Source of the DNA: Candidatus Saccharimonadales bacterium
GTDB lineage: Bacteria > Patescibacteriota > Saccharimonadia > Saccharimonadales > JBBSJF01
Direction of reading: 5' to 3'
Assembly (NCBI GenBank): GCA_038257495.1
Contig: JBBSJF010000002.1
Span: 159 to 24,158 of the forward strand
DNA length: 24,000 bases
Shown: in pieces, positions 15,919-22,659 of the stretch
Numbering within the stretch: position 1 is the stretch's first letter
Layout of the letters: the number at the start of each line of letters is the position of its first letter
Made by a program: the position numbers and the translations under genes
Notes under the pieces: model-generated
Told to the model about the DNA's origin: nothing
The model's database searches: none
Seen by the model: only the letters and a program-made list of their open reading frames with translations

Positions 15919-17025
15919 CTAGCGCAACGATATGATAACTTCACCGTCATCAGGTTTCTGACGATTGGCAAGTTTTGCTATCGTTTCCACCTTCAAATCA
16001 TTACTTTTGGCAAGTTCCAGTGTAGCAGGACTGGGGGGTTTTGTCATGGAAGCATTAGCGGTAACCTTGGCTCTTTCTGCGGCAGCGCGGCGTTCATCTT
16101 CTGCAAGCTCACTGGGTGTTTTAAGTCGCTTCATATGGCTATGGTAGGCGACGTCGTCATTCTTGCGCTGGTCGGTGTGTATTTGTTGCAAAAGCGCCTC
16201 CTCTTCTGCCGTAGGGGTGGTGGGCGCTACGGGAGCGCTAGAAGACTGGGGTGCAACTGAAACGCTTTGGAATGTTACCGCCCCATCAGAACCGTTGGCG
16301 GTCGCTGTATTCCTAGATGTAGGCAGTATGGTGCTTCCTACTCCTATGTTTGAGCTTTCGGGTGAGGAATTTTGGATCTGGTTAACGATGCGTTGCCGGT
16401 TTTCCTGAGTTTGCTGCCGAATCATCTGATCCATCTGCTTGGCTAGGGGGTTATTGTCGGCGTCCATTATGTCGTCCTCCGGAGCCACTAAAATAGTAGG
16501 CACGGTTTGCGGCAACGTACTTGCCTCTACCAACCTATCTGATTCTTGGGCGTTACTCCCCATGGCATAACCCGATTGGTGGGAGTACATATTGACGCTA
16601 ATATTCTTTACGGCCCACCCTCTGCTATCTAGAGTACTAGAAAGGGCATTAAGACGGCTGCGCACCTGCTGTTGGTCTAGACCGTCGGTATATATGCGCT
16701 CGATCTTTTTGGGCGCGGTTATGTGTACAAAGTCTATTACGCCGCTCTGGTTCCAGAGTCTTTTTCGGGGCTTTATAGCAAACCGTATCTTAGCCTGCAA
16801 CCATATTTCTGTGGGCTGATCTCGACCAAGCGGGGCGGCTAATATGCCGAGAACTAAAATAGGAGGAATTATAGGTATGACCAGAATTGGGCTAACCAAG
16901 AATAAGCGAAAAGCAAAAAAGATAAGAATAACGTCGATAATAACAAATATAAACTGCTTGAGCGTCAAGGGTCCAAGTATTTTGTCCTCTGCCTCGATAT
17001 CTTGAATTACTTTATATGTCGCCAT
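15919..17025 (-). CDS. PrgI-family (VirB3-like) membrane protein with long C-terminal extension
   Basis: The N-terminus 'YKVIQDIEAEDKILGPLTLKQFIFVIIDVILIFFAF' followed by a second TM 'ILVIPIIPPILVLGILAAPLG' matches the PrgI/VirB3-like pattern (...DI..EDKI.G.LT.RQ + two TMs). It lies immediately upstream of the VirB4-region genes. The residues after about aa 110 form an S/A/P/Q-rich, probably disordered extension. Confidence 0.7.
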   Translation of the reverse strand: MATYKVIQDIEAEDKILGPLTLKQFIFVIIDVILIFFAFRLFLVSPILVIPIIPPILVLGILAAPLGRDQPTEIWLQAKIRFAIKPRKRLWNQSGVIDFVHITAPKKIERIYTDGLDQQQVRSRLNALSSTLDSRGWAVKNISVNMYSHQSGYAMGSNAQESDRLVEASTLPQTVPTILVAPEDDIMDADNNPLAKQMDQMIRQQTQENRQRIVNQIQNSSPESSNIGVGSTILPTSRNTATANGSDGAVTFQSVSVAPQSSSAPVAPTTPTAEEEALLQQIHTDQRKNDDVAYHSHMKRLKTPSELAEDERRAAAERAKVTANASMTKPPSPATLELAKSNDLKVETIAKLANRQKPDDGEVIISLR

Positions 17026-17027
17026 AT

Positions 17028-19847
17028 TTATAGTCCGTCATATGTTGATTTATGTGCTGGGTCTGCGAACCTGTCTTTTTCTGTCTTGCCGCTAGGATCT
17101 ATGTATGCGTTACCGGATAATATCGCCAAGTTCTCGGCACCCATAGAGGCTTTTATCTTTTCACTGTCCTTAATGCCCTTCATCTGTGCCTCCATGCGGC
17201 TTACGGTTGCAACCGCAACTGGATCCGCTGGTTTTGCTTTCGCATCCGCAAATTGCTCACGCCACATAGAAAATGTTGAAGTATCCCAAGACGCCATTGA
17301 TTCGGAGCTTGCGGTTGTAAGCGATCCCGCCCCTTTTACCATATCGGGGGCCTTCTCGTTAAATGACCCAAAATTGGACTGTTTTGCACCTTGCCATAAA
17401 GTTTGACCGGCTTTATCGGCTTTACCCTCAGTACTATTCTCAAAGTATTCTTGAACTGCCCTAGCTTCGGGTATAAGACCTTTTTTACCTATCTGATCCA
17501 TCGCCCATTGCTTAGATGCCCTGTCGCCTCCCAGGGTTTTTCCATTGAACTCGACTTTCTTTCCTGTTGCAAGTGCCTGTAGGTGCTTACTAAGATCGGC
17601 ACTTCCCTCTAACTGGCTGGCGATTAATTCTTGCTGGAACGCGTCTTGCTGTACTTTCTCGCCTTGTGCTGCCTGTGCAGCTTGCCCACGACTCCATCCA
17701 GCCCGTGTTCCCTTGAGGCCTACGGGACTTTGACCAGAACCGAGCGCATTTGCGTTAAGACTTCTTCTTGCCATAAAGCCTCGGATGTTCTTCTTATCAC
17801 GATTCAGATAATTTCCATATGCGGCATTTTCCTTTCGTGCCTTGCGGGTATTGGTACGGAAGTTTTTGGTGCGGTCGAACATGCCCTTGCTACGGTTGTT
17901 TGCCATGCCGGTGAGCGTCCCTACTAGGCCACCCGCTAAGGTAAGGGCTTTTGGAAGGGCAAAATAGGGTCCAAAGTAAGCTATAAACATTACAATCTGC
18001 TGGAACGCGTCTATCTGTCCGTCTGGCGCCGAATTTTTTATGATTGTTGCTATGACCCGCCCAGACATAATAAACGCCATCATAATCGGGAACATCAGGA
18101 GTGCTTTGCTAAATGTTTCCCACCAAAACTTCCATATTTTTTGAGTATTTGGCAACGCGTTCGAGGCAAAAGCGAGTGGAGCAAACACTACCAGCACAAT
18201 CAGGGCCATTTCACGAAAAACTAGAATAGCCAGAGCAGTACCAACGGCAAGAAGCGCCGTAACGCCAAAGCTGAGTAGCCCAATGATTCCAAATGCAGCC
18301 GCAAACCCTACCACGCCGATCGTGATTATGCCATTTACTACACTATTCCCTCCTGAATCCAGAGGAGGTAAATCTCGGATCGGTATATACATTAGCGCGC
18401 GCACACCGAGCCCGATGTCGTTAGAAATATTAATGGCCAACTTACATAGGTCCCACGATATAGTCATAAGCAAAGCCGCTACTAACAGCTTGGGCAGCAC
18501 TTTCTTAATAGTATAAGCCTCGAAGATACCAATATTAAGAGCCTGGGAGATAACCATGGCGAGTATGCCTATAATAATAAATGCCAGAGACATTTTGCGC
18601 ACCACGTCCCATGCTTGATAGAGTCCCGCGCCCGTTGGGCTATTTTCGTTAAATGGGCTGTTGTTGCCATCTGTATCTATGTGTAGCTTTTGGGTAATAG
18701 CATTGTCTAAAAGCCGGACCGCAGCGTTGGCGGCGTCAATAATAGGGCAAGCTATCCAAGTGAGCGGGTTCTTTAGGCTAAAGTCACAGCCAATCTCGGG
18801 TTCTCTGCTTCCTCCTTCCCCGATAGGGGTTCCGTCTGGGTTTACGGGGTTTCCAGCAGGATTATCAGATCCGGCAATACGAACCTTAACCCGGCTATTA
18901 CCGCCCTTTTTATGTATAAAAACATCTTTTGTCCCCGCCCCTACGCCCTCAAAGTCTTTTTCGCCCACCTTTGAGTTATCCTCATTCAGTAGCTCAAGGT
19001 TACCAGAGCAGTTCGCTCCATTATCCCAGTTGCTACCGCACCACGTAAAACTGCGGGTGTTCTGCTCGTCTCTAGATACGTGCTGTATCTTACCGTTTTT
19101 AAAACCGTATGTAACATTAAAGTTCTCCAAATCTGCGTCCGAGAAAAGCTTAGCTATCAATAAGCCCGTTTCCAGTGAAACGTCTGCCCGAGTACCTGAT
19201 CCAATACAGTTCCATTCGTATGAATTACCTTTTAGGGTATAAACAAAATTACCGTTTTGGACTCCAGTACAGTCGAACCCACCGACTACGTCTTCCTCTA
19301 CGGAAATAACATATTCTGCACCATTATCTGCTCCAGCTTCAAGGCATTGTCTAATACTTGGTATATCAAGTATCTGGTCTCTTCCTCCGGTGGCATCGTC
19401 TTTATTGACTCCACATCCACCGTCTTTTGTATCAAAATTATCAATCCTGCTGTCGTCTAATGCCCTTTTGCCCTTCTCATTCCTATAGTCAAAGTCTCCG
19501 TCTGAAGTATTGATGTCGGTCATTGTAAGTGTAATGAGCGGCGCAATATCGACAGTTCCGATAAGCTTGTCTCCTGGGCATCCGCCGGGTTTGTATGTTA
19601 CTTCTATAGATGCCCTATTCTTGAAACGAATAGACATCCAGCCACCGGGGGCTCGCTTTTTGTTTCTTGGACTGTATTCTGATGTAGGAAGATCACAGAA
19701 CTCGGGAATCGTCACCCCTGTGGCGTATTCTTTACTTGCCGCCTTTGCCTGACCAGAAAATAGTACGGGTACTACAATAACAGCAACAAGAAAAGCTGCT
19801 CCAAATAATGCCCCGCCCCGCTTAAGTTTATCGATCATTGTAACCAT
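17028..19847 (-). CDS. VirB6/TrbL-like polytopic channel protein with large Cys-rich N-terminal ectodomain and long C-terminal tail
   Basis: 939 aa with RBS aggtga. Signal peptide 'GALFGAAFLVAVIVVPVLFSGQAKAAS', then a ~370-aa Cys-containing domain. About 7-8 TM helices follow (aa ~415-640, e.g. 'LAFIIIGILAMVI', 'IITIGVVGFAAAFGIIGLLSFGVTALLAVGTALAILVF', 'LIVLVVFAPLAFAS', 'LLMFPIMMAFIMSG'), then a ~300-aa hydrophilic tail. It is the first gene of the operon, 2 nt from the next gene. The family call rests on topology and context, not on a diagnostic motif. Confidence 0.65.
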   Translation of the reverse strand: MVTMIDKLKRGGALFGAAFLVAVIVVPVLFSGQAKAASKEYATGVTIPEFCDLPTSEYSPRNKKRAPGGWMSIRFKNRASIEVTYKPGGCPGDKLIGTVDIAPLITLTMTDINTSDGDFDYRNEKGKRALDDSRIDNFDTKDGGCGVNKDDATGGRDQILDIPSIRQCLEAGADNGAEYVISVEEDVVGGFDCTGVQNGNFVYTLKGNSYEWNCIGSGTRADVSLETGLLIAKLFSDADLENFNVTYGFKNGKIQHVSRDEQNTRSFTWCGSNWDNGANCSGNLELLNEDNSKVGEKDFEGVGAGTKDVFIHKKGGNSRVKVRIAGSDNPAGNPVNPDGTPIGEGGSREPEIGCDFSLKNPLTWIACPIIDAANAAVRLLDNAITQKLHIDTDGNNSPFNENSPTGAGLYQAWDVVRKMSLAFIIIGILAMVISQALNIGIFEAYTIKKVLPKLLVAALLMTISWDLCKLAINISNDIGLGVRALMYIPIRDLPPLDSGGNSVVNGIITIGVVGFAAAFGIIGLLSFGVTALLAVGTALAILVFREMALIVLVVFAPLAFASNALPNTQKIWKFWWETFSKALLMFPIMMAFIMSGRVIATIIKNSAPDGQIDAFQQIVMFIAYFGPYFALPKALTLAGGLVGTLTGMANNRSKGMFDRTKNFRTNTRKARKENAAYGNYLNRDKKNIRGFMARRSLNANALGSGQSPVGLKGTRAGWSRGQAAQAAQGEKVQQDAFQQELIASQLEGSADLSKHLQALATGKKVEFNGKTLGGDRASKQWAMDQIGKKGLIPEARAVQEYFENSTEGKADKAGQTLWQGAKQSNFGSFNEKAPDMVKGAGSLTTASSESMASWDTSTFSMWREQFADAKAKPADPVAVATVSRMEAQMKGIKDSEKIKASMGAENLAILSGNAYIDPSGKTEKDRFADPAHKSTYDGL

Positions 19848-19935
19848 AATATCACCTAATGCACTATCTTATGAATACCAAAAAAGACAAATCAGGCTCA
19901 TTGTGGTACAGTTATTTTAAAGAGAGTACAAATAA
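19848..19935. promoter_or_regulatory. Divergent control region shared by the two arms of the T4SS-like locus
   Basis: This 88-nt AT-rich gap lies between the first minus-strand gene (start 19847) and the first pilin-like gene (start 19936). A weak minus-strand candidate promoter is TTGTCT-N16-GATAGT. I cannot see a convincing plus-strand -35/-10 pair. Confidence 0.4.
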
Positions 19936-20667
19936 ATGCTTAAAATTAATAGTTTAAAAAACATTTTCACCTTAGTCCTTCTCGGCTCTATCTTCATGAT
20001 TATGGGCAGCGTGTCTGTCGTTCGGGCCGAACAAAAAGAGGTGGGATTCTCGTGTCCTACCGGCAGGGCTACATTAGAAAAGACAGACATCGTCCGCTAT
20101 AGATGTCCCCCAAGTAATCCTCCCCCAGGGTTCCTAGTAGGTACGCCACGAGCCATTAGGGGCAGCGAGGTTCTTGTAATAAAAGTCGACTGTGGTCCAC
20201 TAAATGTGAGTGTTGGTGTCGGTGATGTCTTTTGCGATAACGACAATGACCTTTCCAATGGATCCAGTAAGCCCGATCCGAATAAGGTAACCGAGGTTCG
20301 ACGGATCCCGGCAGATGCTAACGCTGCTCCTATTTCCCCCACAGCCACACCAGACGTAGGTGGAGGAGGTGGCGATATTAACCGAGCTGTAGACCCAGCC
20401 ATTACTTGCGAGGTAGAGAAGCAAGGGAGCGACTGTGATCTTATTAAGAAGTACCTAAACCCTATTATTAAATTTCTCTCATTTGCAGTTGGTATCGTGG
20501 TTACTGGTGTAATTATTTTAGGAGGTATTCAATACTCGGCATCGGGCGGTGATCCTGGGGGCGTGGCTGCGGCAAAAAAACGAATTATAAACGCTTTTCT
20601 AGCACTCGCCTTTTATATGTTCTCGCTGGCTATACTTAATTGGTTAATACCAGGAGGCCTTGTGTAA
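19936..20667 (+). CDS. T4SS pilin-like (VirB2/TrbC-type) protein with extended Cys-rich N-terminal ectodomain
   Basis: 243 aa. Signal peptide 'IFTLVLLGSIFMIMGSVSVVRAEQ'. A ~140-aa domain with 6 Cys and a P/G-rich linker follows. The C-terminal two-helix pilin hairpin is 'FLSFAVGIVVTGVIILGGIQYSASGGDPGGVAAAKKRIINAFLALAFYMFSLAIL'. Confidence 0.75.
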   Translation: MLKINSLKNIFTLVLLGSIFMIMGSVSVVRAEQKEVGFSCPTGRATLEKTDIVRYRCPPSNPPPGFLVGTPRAIRGSEVLVIKVDCGPLNVSVGVGDVFCDNDNDLSNGSSKPDPNKVTEVRRIPADANAAPISPTATPDVGGGGGDINRAVDPAITCEVEKQGSDCDLIKKYLNPIIKFLSFAVGIVVTGVIILGGIQYSASGGDPGGVAAAKKRIINAFLALAFYMFSLAILNWLIPGGLV

Positions 20668-21041
20668 TGGGGATTTTTAAACTTATTGCCGGAGCATCTT
20701 GCCAGTTATCAGGTGGGAGTTTCTTTGGATTGCCTACATGGTACAAATATCTGGCGGATAAAGGAGAGGTAGACCCCTTGGGACGTTGTCGTTATGTACC
20801 TAAAGTCGAGAATATGGGTGATGGTTTATTAGTTCTACTGGGGTTAGTAGATATTTTACTCCGGGTCGGTGGTATGGTGGCGTTTGGTTTTATAGTTTGG
20901 GGCGGTTTACAGATGGTGCTTAGCCAGGGCGAACCCGATAAGCGAGCTAAGGCTGTAACTACGCTTATTAACGCCGCTATAGGACTGGTTATAACCCTTT
21001 CTGCGGCAGGTATATTGTCTTTTGTGGCAGGTAAGTTTTAA
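20667..21041 (+). CDS. T4SS pilin-like (VirB2/TrbC-type) protein, paralogue 2
   Basis: I place the start at ATG 20667, which overlaps the upstream TAA (taATG) and has aggagg 10 nt upstream. The track's 20640 start lies inside the previous gene. The hairpin is 'GLLVLLGLVDILLRVGGMVAFGFIVWGGLQMVLSQGEPDKRAKAVTTLINAAIGLVITLSAAGIL'. No classical signal peptide. Confidence 0.75.
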   Translation: MGIFKLIAGASCQLSGGSFFGLPTWYKYLADKGEVDPLGRCRYVPKVENMGDGLLVLLGLVDILLRVGGMVAFGFIVWGGLQMVLSQGEPDKRAKAVTTLINAAIGLVITLSAAGILSFVAGKF

Positions 21042-21044
21042 AAT

Positions 21045-21320
21045 ATGAATATGTACCTAGCCCAATTAGACATATCCCCCTTGCCCAACATACAGCCCAA
21101 TGAAGCTACGGCACTTATCATTACTAATACTGTTTTCGGTATTATTGGGGCAATCTGTATGATCGTCATCCTTTTACTCGCTTTTAAGTTCATCACCTCC
21201 AGGGGCAATCCAGAGGCTACCGGTAATCTAAGAAATGGCATTATTTTTGCTGGTATAGGTCTTGCTATATGCATAGCTGCTAGCTCAATTGTTTCTTTCA
21301 TTATAGGTCGTGCCAGATGA
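21045..21320 (+). CDS. T4SS pilin-like (VirB2/TrbC-type) protein, paralogue 3 (shortest, Cys-less N-terminus)
   Basis: 91 aa. The hairpin is 'ALIITNTVFGIIGAICMIVILLLAFKFITSRGNPEATGNLRNGIIFAGIGLAICIAASSIV'. It starts 3 nt after the previous stop. Confidence 0.7.
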   Translation: MNMYLAQLDISPLPNIQPNEATALIITNTVFGIIGAICMIVILLLAFKFITSRGNPEATGNLRNGIIFAGIGLAICIAASSIVSFIIGRAR

Positions 21321-21700
21321 AGTATTTCGCAGTTTTTCTTTTCACTCTCTTTACCTTTCTGTTTGTGTCTAGCGGAACCGGACATGCCGTGAACCTATTT
21401 CTCGCATGCGATGACCCGGCAGTCTCTGATTCCTCCGTTTGTAAGGATCAAAGTCGTCCGATCGCCATTAGCGGAAACGACAGTCTACTTTCAAGGGTGG
21501 TTGGTGTTTTAGCGTTGATTATTGGATTTAGTGGGGTTTTGCTCATGATTTGGGGCGGTATGAACTATATTATGGCGAATGGTGATTCACAAAGAGTAGC
21601 AAAAGCAAAAGATACTATATTGTTTGCTTCCATTGGTCTGATTATTGCGATTTTTGCACGGGTTATCATCGGGTTTGCTTTAGCGAGGATCGGAACATGA
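21317..21700 (+). CDS. T4SS pilin-like (VirB2/TrbC-type) protein, paralogue 4
   Basis: 127 aa. ATGA start/stop overlap with paralogue 3. Signal peptide 'MKYFAVFLFTLFTFLFVSSGTGHA', Cys loop 'CDDPAVSDSSVC', and hairpin 'VVGVLALIIGFSGVLLMIWGGMNYIMANGDSQRVAKAKDTILFASIGLIIAIFARVII'. Confidence 0.8.
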   Translation: MKYFAVFLFTLFTFLFVSSGTGHAVNLFLACDDPAVSDSSVCKDQSRPIAISGNDSLLSRVVGVLALIIGFSGVLLMIWGGMNYIMANGDSQRVAKAKDTILFASIGLIIAIFARVIIGFALARIGT

Positions 21701-22071
21701 AATACCTATTCATCTCATTATTAGCTGTAGCCTGCTTTTTAGGAATAAGTAGTCCTGTAGTCTCTTATGCTCAAGCAGAGCAAGAAGTTTGCGGCGGTGT
21801 CCAAATAGTCTCAGGAGAACCATGTGATGCGCCAGGAGGCGAAAGCAGAGTAAAATCTATAATGCAGCTTGGCTTAGATATATTTGCGATTGTTATGGGG
21901 ATTATCGCTGTTTTTATGATTATTATTGCCGGGCTAACAATAGCAACCTCTGCAGGAGACTCCTCGAAAATCAGTAAAGCACGCGACTCCATCATATATG
22001 CTTCGATAGGTTTGGCAGTAATAGTTTTCGCCAGGATATTAGTACAGTTCGTAATCAGTAGATCGGCTTAA
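21697..22071 (+). CDS. T4SS pilin-like (VirB2/TrbC-type) protein, paralogue 5
   Basis: 124 aa. ATGA overlap with paralogue 4. Signal peptide 'MKYLFISLLAVACFLGISSPVVSYAQA', Cys loop 'CGGVQIVSGEPC', and hairpin 'LDIFAIVMGIIAVFMIIIAGLTIATSAGDSSKISKARDSIIYASIGLAVIVFARILV'. Confidence 0.8.
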   Translation: MKYLFISLLAVACFLGISSPVVSYAQAEQEVCGGVQIVSGEPCDAPGGESRVKSIMQLGLDIFAIVMGIIAVFMIIIAGLTIATSAGDSSKISKARDSIIYASIGLAVIVFARILVQFVISRSA

Positions 22072-22135
22072 TCTATGCTTTTTATTAAGTCTCTCTGTGT
22101 ACCGTCATTTTGGCTCCAAGAAGCGGTCTAAAGTG

Positions 22136-22164
22136 TTGATTTTGTACCTAGGTTACTATATGAT
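22136..22164 (+). promoter_or_regulatory. Candidate sigma70-type promoter for the sixth pilin-like gene
   Basis: TTGATT (22136-22141)-N17-TATGAT (22159-22164), located in the 120-nt gap before the gene at 22192. RBS aaagga lies before the ATG. Confidence 0.35.
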
Positions 22165-22191
22165 CAGAGTATATTATACGAAAGGAAAACA

Positions 22192-22590
22192 ATGTTAAAA
22201 AGAATGTTAATAAGTATAGCTGCTAGCGTGAGTCTCTTGGTGCCTATGGCCATGCCCGTGGCAGTACATGCTCAACTTGGAGAAGAAATTAAAAAAGGTG
22301 CTTGTCTAAACACTACCGATGCCAACTGTGCAGGTACAGAAGATCCAGAAGGAAAAGTTAATGACTTACTCAAACAAGCGATCACTCTTTTCTCTATAGT
22401 GGTCGGGGTAATTTCTGTCGTCATGATCATCGTGGGTGGTCTTAAGTACATCACTTCCGGTGGAGAATCTGGCAATGTTACGGGTGCTAAAAATACCATT
22501 CTGTATGCGGTGATAGGTCTGATCATTGTGGCTATGGCACAATTTATTGTACAATTTGTTCTAAAGAAGGCTACCGATATTTCTACATAA
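22192..22590 (+). CDS. T4SS pilin-like (VirB2/TrbC-type) protein, paralogue 6
   Basis: 132 aa. Signal peptide 'MLISIAASVSLLVPMAMPVAVHAQ', Cys loop 'CLNTTDANC', and hairpin 'ITLFSIVVGVISVVMIIVGGLKYITSGGESGNVTGAKNTILYAVIGLIIVAMAQFIV'. Confidence 0.8.
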   Translation: MLKRMLISIAASVSLLVPMAMPVAVHAQLGEEIKKGACLNTTDANCAGTEDPEGKVNDLLKQAITLFSIVVGVISVVMIIVGGLKYITSGGESGNVTGAKNTILYAVIGLIIVAMAQFIVQFVLKKATDIST

Positions 22591-22607
22591 AGTGTCGTGA
22601 AAGATTC

Positions 22608-22641
22608 AAAAATACCGCTCAAGAGCTGAGCGGTATTTTTT
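22608..22641. terminator. Bidirectional rho-independent terminator between the pilin array and hsp20
   Basis: Perfect 13-bp stem: 22608-22620 'aaaaataccgctc' pairs with 22628-22640 'gagcggtattttt', 7-nt loop 'aagagct'. The A-run on one side and T-run on the other give a U-tract in both transcription directions. It sits between convergent genes. Confidence 0.75.
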
Positions 22642-22659
22642 ATGTTAACCGTAGACTTA

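Noticed and set aside
9845-19752. Many 60-190-aa plus-strand ORFs inside the large minus-strand genes (e.g. 9845-10246, 12038-12442, 12572-13090, 17002-17406, 18661-19242)
   Set aside because: All are antisense to long ORFs with clear domain motifs. They are S/P/L/A/R-rich and low-complexity, lack RBSs, and some cross gene boundaries. They are typical shadow ORFs of moderately GC-rich coding DNA.
20640-20666. Upstream start (MVNTRRPCV...) for the second pilin-like gene
   Set aside because: It lies inside the preceding gene. ATG at 20667 has an aggagg RBS and a taATG stop/start overlap, consistent with coupling.
6185-22590. Interpretation of the locus as an integrative conjugative element, plasmid remnant or prophage (prompted by the phage-tail-lysozyme-like domain)
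   Set aside because: The window shows no integrase, relaxase, coupling protein, replication or partition genes, capsid or terminase genes, tRNA target or direct repeats. The flanks are core origin genes. This cannot be excluded without the sequence beyond the window.
20097-22622. Minus-strand ORFs antisense to the pilin array (20097-20402, 20200-20424, 21038-21385, 21771-21995, 22272-22622, 22366-22554)
   Set aside because: They are shadow frames of the plus-strand pilin-like genes, which form a consistent paralogous family with signal peptides and coupled starts.
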